64,000 bases of DNA, taken from Patellaria atrata CBS 101060. Its lineage: Eukaryota. The stretch spans positions 1,092,715-1,156,714 of the forward strand of contig MU006097.1 in assembly GCA_010093705.1 (NCBI GenBank), written 5' to 3'. This document shows, piece by piece, positions 25,046 to 36,700 of the stretch (position 1 is the stretch's first letter; each line of letters starts with the position of its first letter). Position numbers and translations under genes: made by a program. The notes under the pieces were generated by a model. It saw only the letters and a program-made list of their open reading frames with translations. It made no database searches and was not told where the DNA came from.

Positions 25046-25914
25046 GATGAGAGAAGATGTATGATGTTGTGATGTGAAATAGTTATTGTGTTCGGAAGTA
25101 TGTTGTCGAGGTGTGGAGATGTGGGTGTTTCGGATGTTGTAAACAAAAGGAACCAGAAAAGTTTGGAAGTGAAGGAATTTATGTCGTCTTACTTCGATCC
25201 GTTTGCACTTGCACATGTCACGAGAGCGAATATACAGAGGAAGAACTTCGGCGGATACGCGTATACAAACAGAGATATAAAGCGTGGAGTGGGTTTGGTG
25301 AGAATTGTGAATACTATCCGTGATCACGGTGAAGTATATCCTACCTTACCTCCTCCACGACTACTCGGCCACTCTAGAAGCTTCACAACAGCCACTGACG
25401 GGCTGGGAATCCAGTAGTATCAACCAATTTGGATGTCCTATTCGGTGAAGTCTTACTTGAGCTTAGGAGCTCTCCGTACATTCATGCTTGTCCTGTACAG
25501 TCAAGTTAGAGACACTCTGGGAGGTGGGTACAAACCTCCTAAATTAATATCGATAGGCTATTAATATAGTTGGGACATTGTCGTACACTTCATCCTTTCT
25601 TTGATCGAAGAGGTGGAGAGACGCTGGAAGGTAGGTAAACCGCTCCTAAACAATATCGATATATTATTTTTTGACCAGGACCTTCTCGTACATTCCGATC
25701 TTCCTATATAGTGGGAGTCAGAGATAGCTTTACAAGGAAGCGTACAGTAGGTAAAGGACGTCACACCGGGGAGCGTGACTGGGTAGAGGGAGATATTATG
25801 TAGCAGTGCTTATCCAACTCTGCTCAACTAGAACAACAGAAAACCACGGACCTATTCCAAACCCCAATCCCCGGATAACTAAGCACAAATCACTCTCATC
25901 CTCATTCACACCCA

Positions 25915-27010
25915 TTATCGCTCAAACACCCCTGCACCAACAGCCAACACGACAGCCAAACTCGCAACGACCAGTGCACTCGTGATACCCGCCACAAGCA
26001 CTATGCCCAGTCTACTGGCAGGAAACTTGCCGCGGATGATATAATACTGTGCCTCGAAGTACCTATGGAATCCAATAAAAAGGATGATGAGGGCTACGAA
26101 CAGAAACGTTGCGCCCAAAGGTTTACCGACATGACGGAGACGGGCGAGGTGAGGCGCTAAGGGATGAATCGGACCCGAAGGACCTAGGAGATGGATCAAA
26201 GACGGGTCTTGGAGAACTAGAGGATTGTTTTGAGGTAGGAGGGGAGAGTTTGGGAGTGTGGAGAGGATGGAAGGGACAAGAGAAGGGTCTGATTTCGCAA
26301 TCGTGGTGTTGAGGCGGAAAAGTTGGGTAATGGCGATGCCGATGGAAGCGAAGGAAAGGGAGGTCCGGACCCAGGCGAGGAAAGTGCGTTCTTGAGGGTT
26401 TCAGTATATATAGGATGACAAGAAGTTTGAACTCACCCAAAGCCAAATGATCCCTCGCTACACTCCCTTTATTCTCCAACTCTACGCTGCCATATTTCTC
26501 CACTGTGCGGTGCCACCAGCTTCCCTGTTCATCCTCTTCTTGATCAGTTTCGTTCCCAGCCCCCCCAATGCTTCTCCTGCTGCCTCTCTTCCGCCGACTC
26601 CTCACAGCATCCAGAATTCTCTCCTCCCCTCCGGTACCTTGACTCCCCTGTGCGCTTGCAGTTTGGTAATCCCGCCTCTCTCCTCTCTCAGATTCGACAA
26701 TAGCGGTCCGCTCATCTGCACTGTTTTCCTCGCCTTCTGCGCTCCTGCGAACAGGACTCATACTCCGGGATCGACTGGAGCCACTCTTGGATATTGGATC
26801 CTCCCGAGGGCCTTTGAAAGAGACGGATTTCTTCTTTTGTGGTTGGGGCTCTTGCTCTTGCTCTTGCTGCTGCGGTAGAACTATTTCCTGATGATTTTGG
26901 AGGGGATGAGACACAACACTTCTTTTTCCATGAACTCTAGAAGAGGAAGTAGATGTAGCATCATCATTGCTAGCTCTAGATATCATTTCAGCATCCCGCC
27001 GAGCATCCAT
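25915..27010 (-). CDS. DUF202 domain membrane protein (2 exons)
   Basis: YGSVELENKGSVARDHLAL|ERTFLAWVRTSLSFASIGIAITQLFRL...GKPLGATF...GFHRYFEAQYYIIRGKFPASR. Intron GTGAGT (~26437)...AAG (~26392). Confidence 0.9.
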
Positions 27011-27688
27011 CGTACTCGTAGCTCAGCAGTTCTACCTTGTTCCGCCCAGTGCGATCCCTTGGTACCTTCGGCAATTTATTTTCAAGGTATAAGCTCAGCC
27101 ATACCGTCAATCCGCACCTACAATGTCTGTGGTGATTCTGCCTTCGTGATTTCTGCGACGGTTGACGTGCTCGAGATTCCAGGGTTGGTGTCCTCGGAAG
27201 TTACAGTATAGATTGGGCTTAGCGGGTTGTCAGAGTGGAGATTTCTTTTTTAGGTATGGTCGGTAATTTGGTGGGATAGAAGTTAAGGTATGCCCTTTCA
27301 ATATTTGCTCGATAATCATAAAAGGTAGAACTACTGTGGGCGAAGAAGATGATGGACCTTCTGATTGATGCAAGATGCCAAATGATTCGGCTATATCACA
27401 GATAGAACAAATTTGTGTCAGGTTTCAGAACACTAAACGTTCTACATTGATCTGTCTAAGCTTCTGAGCTCCAAGATCTGGATATCCCCATCTCTAAAGT
27501 TTTCAAAGTATGATGAATTGATGATCAACCAATAAAACATAACCCTACGCATGCGTAAATGCCCCAATGATATTTGCCCTTCCGAAATTCCAGAGAGCAC
27601 AACCGCTTGCAGAAACGCCGGGCCGCCTTCGCTTGCATGAGAAAGACATCAAATCCCCAACGATACATCCATCATAACTGAAAATTGT

Positions 27689-29246
27689 TCAAGCAGAAGA
27701 ACCATCCATTTGCATCTCATTCGTCGTCTTACCAGCACGCTGGCCCTTGATGACCTTTTTGATAACCGTCTCAACTGCATCCCAATCCGAAGTATCCAGA
27801 CGCATTAGTTCTGTGTCGAAATACTTACCAATATCTTGCAACACCTTCCAAGAGTGTTGGTCGTGAACAAAGGAAATTGCGACACCAACACGGCCGAAGC
27901 GACCAGTGCGTCCGATACGGTGAAGATAAGTCTCTGGGTCAGGAGTATGATCGGGATGTTCGGGGATATCGTAGTTGATGACCATGGTAACAGATTGCAC
28001 GTCGATACCACGAGCTAGAACATTGGTGGTGATGAGAACCTTAGCTTCGCCTTTGCGGAATTTGTCGATAATTACGTCACGCTCAACCCCTTCAAGCGCA
28101 CCACTAAGTTGAGCGACTTGATGACCCTCTCTGATCATACGTTGCTCTATTTCGAGAGCAGTCCTACGAGTCTAAAGAGCTATGTTAGCTTGTCCCTTGG
28201 AAATTCTGGACAGCAGCTTACCTTGACGAAGATGATGGAAGACGCGATGGTCATTAGGCCGTAGAATCTGACTAAATCTTCATACTTCGCTTGTTCATTC
28301 TCACAGTCAAGATACAATTGTTTGATACCTTCGACCGTGAGCTCTTCATGTTTAAGAGTAATCTGATTTGCGTTCGGCGCGAATTGTCGTGCGTAGTTTA
28401 CAACATGATCCGGAAATGTCGCAGAGAATAAGACGAGTTGAACAGTCTTTGGTAGGAGACTACGAACATGTTAGTGAATCCGTGAAGAGAGTGGAATTGC
28501 TGAACTTACGCTTTAACACGCTTGCATTGATCTCCTAGACCTGTTTGATCCAACATATTGTCGGCTTCATCAAGTACCAAGACTTTCAGGTTCGTGACAT
28601 CGAGTAGACGCCTCCTGATGACGTCCGTTATTGTGCCCGGTGTACCAACAATAATCTGACCTTCAAGCTTCTTTCCTCTTTGACTTGGATCCGGAATTCC
28701 AGCTATAACCTTGAGGTTTTCAAGAAATCTTCCCATGGTCTCTACTACACCAATGATTTGTCGGGCTAGTTCACGGCTAGGTGCGAGAACCAAAGCTTGA
28801 GGTTGGAGTGTGGAAAGGTCGCATCGCATAAGGATGTTGAGCACAAAAGCTGCTGTCTTTCCGGTTCCGGATTGCGATTGTCCAATCATATTCGTGGGAG
28901 GGTTGAGGAGTAGAAGAGGTAGGGCGCGCTCTTGGATCTTTGACGGTTTGAGAAAATTCATTGCGTAAATACCTTGAAGGATACGCTGGTCGAGCTTAAG
29001 ATCTTCAAATTTCTTGATAGAGTAAAGAGGATTATTCGGGTCACCTTGAAGATCGCTCAACTTAACGTCGACGTCCCACTCAGGTTCTTGTAGTTGGTTC
29101 CCGCCCTTTTCGACGGAGGCTCCATCTCCCTGTGCGGCTTCGGATTGAGCTGGGGCAGGGTCGGGCTTCGTAATGCGGCTTTCCAGTGAGCCAGCACTGG
29201 GCGTAGGGTTTTCAGTAGGAGTTTCGGTGGGAGCTTCAGAAGTCAT
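27689..29246 (-). CDS. DBP5: DEAD-box mRNA-export RNA helicase Dbp5 (3 exons)
   Basis: [70 protein letters not shown] and [13 protein letters not shown]. Confidence 0.97.
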
Positions 29247-29567
29247 CTGGAGCAAAGATTTCTTGAATTAGTTAAGTAGAGCGCGTAAGTTTAAGGTCGA
29301 AGCTGGCTCGAGTGAGTGCTGGGTGAACAAAGAATGAAGAAATGAGAGAAGAAGTGGAGGAGAAGATGAGTAGATATAGTACTAGACGACAATAGTAAAA
29401 ATTGATCAATAGCAACTATCGAGCAGGTGATAGCTCAATGGTAGGGAGGTTGCTAACTTGCTATTGTGGTGAAGTTGCCTGGGGGTCTGGGAGAATTCAT
29501 AGCGGGGCTGGGCGAAACGAGAGCCGCACAAGCCACCCAACAACCCCTCGCCAAGTGCTATGCCTAA

Positions 29568-29627
29568 GTTTGCATTATTTGCGTTTTTTGTATTATTTGT
29601 ATTGTTTGCATTATTTGTTGAGTTTGC
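29568..29627 (+). repeat. Degenerate 9-bp tandem repeat (TTTGYATTR-like) in the DBP5/BZZ1 divergent promoter
   Basis: gtttgcattatttgcgttttttgtattatttgtattgtttgcattatttgttgagtttgc shows 9-nt periodicity. Confidence 0.7.
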
Positions 29628-29969
29628 AGTTACTAGCGGACATTTTTTGAAGAACGAATCAAGAGATGCGCCAGCTCGAGACATTGAATCACTTCCTGAT
29701 GTTCAGACTGAGACCCTGGAAATTAGATGAATGATACAAGAAGACTGTGTCTTTCCATATTAGATCTGATACCGATAGGAAACAATACACCCTGACTTGA
29801 ATCGTAAACTGCCTATACTTAGTAAGCCCCACTTGAGGATACATTGTGCGGGTTCCTATTCCGCTTCCTTGGAGCCCAAGCAGCCGCGCCTATCCATACG
29901 AACTCATGTCTATTGCCCATTATTTGTATTCTTTGGACACTCATCAACTCCCGACAGTCTTTTTGAATC

Positions 29970-32788
29970 ATGGCTGAAGTTGATATTGCCCCTAACTTCG
30001 GTCTCGAATTGAAGGTAACCCGCGTCGCATACTGCCACTTCAGGAAATTTCCTCCGCTGACCTATAACGATTATTTAGGATGGCTTTAAGCCTGTCAATG
30101 CCTGGGTACTGCTTCCCTCCCCTAAAAGTATCGGGTGTACTTGTTCAAGGCCAATACTCCCCACAGATTTGGCCGACTACCGCTAATATGCTCTCCAAAA
30201 GGTCGCAAACGGGATTGCTTGGCTCGAAGATATACAGCAGTTTTACCGAGAACGTAGCGCAATTGAAAAAGAGTATTCGGGCAAATTAGCTGCTTTAGCA
30301 AAGAAATACTTCGAGAAGAAGGCTCGGAAGACTTCACTCCTAAGTGTTGGCGACACACCTACCGTATCCCCTGGATCGCTGGAAAGGTGTGTTATTAGGA
30401 CATATTGTTGCTTGCTGGAGCTTACAGAAAGATCCCAGTGCGTCTATGACCACCTGGACGGTCCAACTTAATACCCTCGAATCTCGAGCCAATGAGCACG
30501 ATACATTTGCCACGCAACTTATATCTCACGTCGCGGAGCCTTTAAGAATATTAGGGACTCGGTACGAAGAATTACGGAAGTATCACGCAGAGTATGCCAC
30601 AAAGCTAGAAAAGGAACGGGACTCGGTATATACAGATCATAGGAAAACTAAAGGCAAATACGATGCGGTTTGTCAGGAAGTTGAGAACAGAAGGAAGAAG
30701 ACAGAGAGCTCCTTCGATCATGGAAAGACTAAGGCTCAGGTCGCTTACCAGCAACAGCTGACAGATATGTATAATGCTAAGGTCAGAACTTAACTGTAGC
30801 TCTATGTATCTATACTAATAAGGCACAGAACACATACCTGATCAGCATGAACGTTACGAACAAACAAAAAGAAATGTACTATCATGAATACGTTCCAGAA
30901 CTACTAAATGTAAGTCGAAAGAGCAAAGCAACTACAACACCCACTAACCCCTTTGTCTAGAGCATGCAGGACCTCTCTGAAACGAGAATTTCGAAAGTAA
31001 ACTCCATATGGTCTCTAGCGTCCCAGATAGAAACAACAACTCTCACCCGTAGCACTGAACTTATGACCCATCTTTCGTCTGAAATCCCAAGAAACAACCC
31101 TCTACTTGATTCCATGATGTTCGTTAGACATAATGTCTCACAATGGCAAGATCCTGCAGATTTTGTATTCGAGCCAAGTCCTGTTTGGCACGACGATTCC
31201 TCTATGTATACAGATGATGCGTCAAAGAACTTTCTACGGAATATTCTAACAAAGAGCAAAGGCCAATTAGTCGAGCTGCGTCGTGATACGGAGAAAAAGA
31301 AACGAGATGTTGAGAATGCAAAACGTGCCAGGCAAAACATCAGAGAAGGGAAGGATAAACGAGATGAAGTAGAAGCCGTGCGTGCTATTTTCGCGCTTTT
31401 AGGACTTGCTCACGAAAGTGAGAGACAAATGGTTACAGCGGAAGTTGAAGTAACGACGATCACGCAAGCAGTCGGAGACGTCAGCATAGGTGCTAAGAAT
31501 CACAACTTCAAGTCGCAAACGTTCAAGATACCTACGAACTGTGACCTATGCGGAGAGCGGATATGGGGTCTATCTGCGAAAGGGTTCGATTGCACAGACT
31601 GCGGATACACATGCCATAGCAAATGCGAGCTGAAAGCTCCCGCAAATTGCCCCGGGGAACAGACCAAGGAGGAGAAAAAGAAGTTGAAAGCATCTCGACA
31701 GGCACAAGCAAGCGCAGCACCCGCATCTAACGGAATGGTCTCACCAACTACAACCGCAACCCCCAGTTTGACGCGCAGTGATACGATAAACTCAATGAAC
31801 ACACTAAGTTCTGGGTACTCCGCAACGGCCCATCGCTCCGTATCAGGAGTGAGCACAATAGCCCCTGATCCTTCACCCTCTATGGACGATGCACCAAAAT
31901 TCAAACCTGCTCCCGCTACGAGAAAGAATCGTATCGTCGCTCCCCCACCTGTTCAATACATCAAAGATACCGGCAGCGATGTTGGTAGCAGTAACGGTGA
32001 CTCCAATAAGCAACGAGGGAATATGATGTATCCGTACCAAGCGAATGGCGAGGGTGAGATCTCACTAGAGGAGGGGAGAGAGATCACGGTACTAGAACCA
32101 GATGGTAAGCTCGAACCCCTTTTTGATTTCCTCCTATTCTTTCCCTCCTATTCTTTTCCTTCTGTGTTTTTCCTCCTCTCCTTTTCCTCCTCCCCTTTTC
32201 CTCCTCTCCTTTTCCTCCTCTCCTTTTCCTCCTCTCCTTTTCCTCCTCTCCTTTTCCTCTTCCCCTTCTATGCCTCTCTTTTTAATTCTCTCTTTTGTTT
32301 TGTTGCCCTCTCACTGCTCCCTTCCAAGGCCGTTACATCATAGTACTTTGAATCAGCCTACAATTTTCCGTCCACTAACTTCTCCAGACGGTGGCTGGAT
32401 CAAAGTCCGCGCCGGCTCTCTCGAAGGCCTTGTCCCTACCGCATACGTCGATCTCACCCCATCCTCTCCACCTCCAACCGCCCATTCCCTAGACGGCAGC
32501 CACGGCGCGCGGCCCGGCAGCACTTATTCCGCTTCCTCCGTCTCCCTCGCGGGCTCCATAAGCAAGGAAAAGAAAAAAGGCCCGGCCGTGGCACCGAAAC
32601 GCGGCGCCAAGAAATTGAAATACGTCGAGGCGCTGTATGATTACGACGCCAGGAGTGAGGCTGAACACTCGATGAGGGAGGGAGAGAGGTTTGTGGTTAT
32701 TACTAGGGATGCCGGGGATGGATGGGCGGATGTTGAGAGGGGCGGCAAGGTGGGAAGTGTGCCGGCGAATTATGTGCAGGATGTTTGA
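29970..32788 (+). CDS. BZZ1: Bzz1: F-BAR + C1 + two SH3 domains, actin-patch/endocytosis protein
   Basis: MAEVDIAPNFGLELK start, F-BAR FYRERSAIEKEYS, C1 domain HNFKSQTFKIPTNCDLCGERIWGLSAKGFDCTDCGYTCHSKC, and SH3s (EPDDGGWIKVRAGSLEGLVPTAYV; YVEALYDY...GSVPANYVQDV). Confidence 0.96.
32168..32265 (+). repeat. Seven 14-bp homopyrimidine tandem units (TTTTCCTCCTCTCC) in the last BZZ1 intron (32105-32387)
   Basis: Units counted directly; two carry minor variants. Confidence 0.95.
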
Positions 32789-33250
32789 GTTTGGTTTGGG
32801 AGAAGGGAGTTGTGAGGGAAGGGGTTTTGTAGTTTGTGGATGTTCAGACGGTTCGTCTAGATGGTGGAATGACGAGATGATGGGCGTTGGGGCGAGCGCG
32901 GTGTTTGGGTATCTGGTCATGTCGAGCCTTTCTCGTGTTTGTTCCTCCACCCTGCTTTCTTCCTAGACTGGTAGATCGAGAGGGTAGCTGAGCGTAGAGA
33001 TTGAAGATGACGTAGTACTACTCAATCGAATCCTTGATACCATAACACATACAACCTATCAACCCATAAAAATCACGCGTCCATTGAACGCACTTAAAAA
33101 GCGTGACATCCATGACCCACACACGTGCCCCGTAACTCACAACTCACAACACCCATCCCTTCCACATATGCATCCACGACACTCGCCCCTTCCCAATCCG
33201 CCCTCAAGTCCCATACAATATATTCCATAAAGCCCACTGCACCCTTCAAT

Positions 33251-33427
33251 TCCGCCGTGGTGCAGTTGGTTCTTTCCTTTGTCAATTTTCTCTAGTCAAT
33301 TTCGTAATTCCTTCTGTTCGAACCTCACCAACACTAACTTCATTTCACGGCGGTAGATAAAGCAAAATCGCTTCGCGCGGTTTCCTTGGCCCTCCCTAGA
33401 GGAGGGTGATCTTTAACATTTTTTTTT
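33251..33427 (+). ncRNA. Candidate RNA polymerase III-transcribed structured RNA (H/ACA-like layout, tRNA-like promoter), family unassigned
   Basis: A box TGGTGCAGTTGG 33258-33269, B box GTTCGAACC 33316-33324 and T9 terminator 33419-33427. Stem CCGCCGTG (33252-59)/CACGGCGG (33346-53), AGATAA (ANANNA) at 33355-60, hairpin CCCTCC-CTAGA-GGAGGG and ACA at 33416-18. Confidence 0.55.
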
Positions 33428-33762
33428 CTGCTCTTTTCTTTTTTTTTTCTTTTTTTTTTCCTTTTTGCTCTTTATGCATGATTTGTTTATAGAGAGGTGG
33501 TTGATATTCAAGGGTCTAGGTTAGAGGAATAAGTATATCATCACCCTTTATATTGACATCCGTAGTGATTTCGTCAAGAAACAGTCAGAGGAGAGATTCA
33601 GGTCTCTTACCCTATTATTGTTGCTGTCCAAGAAGTAAAATCAACCCACACTCCAATCTAATTCATATGCATATCGTTTCTCATCATCACATATCACATT
33701 ATCCCCCTCGAAACAACCGCATTACAATCTCCGCATATCCAAACTCAACCACCATAATCCCA

Positions 33763-36700
33763 TCACTCCACAGAACCCTCCGCACTCCCCTCCGCCCTGA
33801 TAACCCGGCCCCCACTCAAGACAACACTCCCCTCCGCGCCCCTAACCGCCTCAACCCTATGTGCAATCGTGACCACTGTAGCGCCGCCCAACTCCTCCCT
33901 CAACACTCTCTGCACCCGCTCCGCGGTCTTGCGGTCAATACTCGCGGTTGCCTCATCCAGGATAACAATACTGCTCTTCCTTAGCAGCGCTCTCGCGAGG
34001 CCGACGAGCTGGCGCTGGCCTTGCGATAAATTGCGCCCGGAGGCCTCGATGGGGGTGTCGAGGGTCCAGTTGTAAGAGGGATGCGCGACGAGGGCGAGGA
34101 CTTGGGAGAGTAGGGGGGCTGGGTAGAGGGATAGGGGGTCGAGGTTCGTGTGGAGGGTGCCAGGGAAGAGGATGGGGTCTTGGGCGAGGAAGGTGATGCG
34201 TTGGCGGAGGATCTGTTTGTCGACTGTTGAGATGTCGATGCCGTCGATGAGGATGCGGCCGGACGTTGGGGTGACTTAGATGATTTAGTATGGAAGGGTT
34301 ATGTGAAGGACATTGGTTGACGTACTTGTAGCGAGTAGTGAGAGTGCGAATGTACTCTTCCCAGAGCCTTCATCGGGCGTTAGTAGATTCTAGTACGAGA
34401 GAAGGATCACTAACCAGTTCGTCCCACGATGGCAGTATTGCGGCCAGCCTTTAGTGTTAGGGAAACATTCGATAGTGCGGGTTCGAGAGTTGGAGCATAT
34501 TTGATGGTCACATCCTCAAACACAATATCGCCGTTCTGGCTAGGCCACCATGCTGGTGGTGTAACATCTCCGGGAGGTTCCTGTTCGAGATGAAGCAGCT
34601 CTACTACGCGTTCGACCGAAACAAAGTCCATTTGTAACTGGCCGTACTGCCGGCAAAGGGAGTGAGTTGCATTGACAACTGGGATCTTGTCAACTTATTA
34701 TATATTGAAACATAAGAGAGTGACCTACACTTCGAAGCTGCTATAAGAACAAATGCTGTCAATCCAGGAGATATTCCTATATAAAGTGCCAAGCAAGTTA
34801 GAACGAAAGTAGACGTAGCTGACAGTGCGTCGAAGCGGTACATCAACCACGCCTGCAAACTCCAGTAAAAATGGTCCATTTTCTGGAATGCGTCCGTGAC
34901 TTCTATAACCCGGTCCTGAAACCGAGACTGTGTACAGAAAGCTACATGCGATAAGCACCCAATCCAATATATGGGCCCCATTACGTACCTCTGACAGTAG
35001 TCAAGCCCTCCACTAGAGCACCGAAATTCGACATCAACGGACTTAAAGAAACCATCTAAGCGACCCCTGATTAGTGTGTCTTGCGCGATACACAAACTGA
35101 GTACTCACCTCTAGTCTTCGCAAGCTCTGTGAGGTCGGTAGGAATCTCTGAAATATGTATATAAATCCAGCAGCCAGCGAAAATGAAAATACCAGGAAAC
35201 TGGGAGTAACCGAAGCAATCACTACAACTGAGAATATGAGTGTAACCGAATGTCGAGCGACGTTATAGAATTTCTGACTGATGTTCCCGTCGATGGTGCT
35301 AATATCCGATGTCAACCGATTCATCAGTCGACCAACCGGAGTGACATCGTAGAATCGAAATGTTGCGTGACTGACCCGTTGCATTACGTCCTTGAACATT
35401 TGGCGTCCAGCAGAATACACGATGACAGCCATAAAGATTTGAGCGACTACCCAGGTGGTGGCTTCAGATATCACTATGAAGAAATACCACCATAGCCATG
35501 GCTTGACGTTGTCTTCGGGGGGAGGTAATCTCTTCAGTGGATTCGAAATGGTTTCTTGTCGGTCAGATTCTCCATATGCTTCGCCCCAGTACTTCAGGAA
35601 CCAGTTTTCACCCGTACTACTAGCCCTATATAATACTATGGTGAGGATCAGAAGAGCCCACCACCTGAGTTTCCCTGCTTTTACATACTCCCAGTATATC
35701 GAAGCCTGGACGCCTCCATGTGACCTATGCTCATCCTCGATGAATTTATCAGGGATCGCAGCTTCCATTTCGTCATGATCTTGGGTATGGAGCTGTTGGA
35801 TATGCTCTTGTGATGTTACGCTCTGAAGGTCTTGCAAAGATGTCGTTTCCGGATCTAAGATGTTTGCCTGACCGTCGGTAATCTCAACAATCTGAGTTGC
35901 AATCCCATGGCAGAGTTCTGTTCGATGGGTGGCGAGTATTACGGTTCTACCTTCTAGTAACCTACCCGCAATGCATCTCTTGACGATGAATTCTGCAGTC
36001 TGATGGTCAAGTGCCGAAATAGGATCGTCGAGAAGGAGAATCTTTGCCCTACTGTAAACAGCTCTAGCCAATGCTACTCTCGCCCTTTGACCGCCACTTA
36101 AGCCGACTCCATTCTCGCCAATGTTAGAGAGGTCTCCGTTCTGGAGATTAGCCATATCGGGCATAAGAGCACATGCCTCTAGGACTTCTTTGTAACGGAC
36201 CTCGTCGTACTGGGCGGAGAATAGGATATTTTCTCGGATACTCATACTCTGCAGCCACGGCATTTGCGCACAGTAGCCGATCATTTCGTCTGGTCGTACC
36301 AGCGTTCCCTCTTTTAAGTCCAATTCCCCGAGCAGAGCTTGAAGCAGAGCAGACTTGCCGGCTGCTACCTTCCCGCACACCACAGTGAGTCCCGGCGGAA
36401 ATGAAAGGTTAAGATATTTGAGAACAAATTCGTTGGCGCCCGGCCAAGCGAAGGATGCATTCTCCAAGGCAAGCTCAGTAGCATTTGTATGCCGCATCGT
36501 AGAGTTGTCTTTATCTGGTTCGTTCATAAATGATTCCAAACGACCAACAGCTATGCTAGCATTGAGCAGTACAGTGATTAAATTTGGTATCTCCCGCAGA
36601 TTGGATTCCAGCATCGAAAATAACTGCAGCGCGGGGAATGCAATATCCACTCCTAAGGTCTGACCAGCCCAAGCAGTGTAAGCGTAGAACGCTACAAGTG

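Noticed and set aside
29406..29684. Asn-rich 92-aa ORF (ANSTNNANNTNNTKNANNAN) as a prion-like peptide
   Set aside because: Explained by a 9-bp tandem repeat in a divergent promoter; no other coding signal.
22223..32788. ARP2 and BZZ1 as an actin-patch gene cluster
   Set aside because: Separated by three unrelated genes; proximity is plausibly chance without synteny data.
33251..33354. Canonical tRNA or tRNA-derived SINE
   Set aside because: No D-stem partner, anticodon arm or T-stem. The 3' end is a T-run rather than an A-rich tail, and no target-site duplication is visible.
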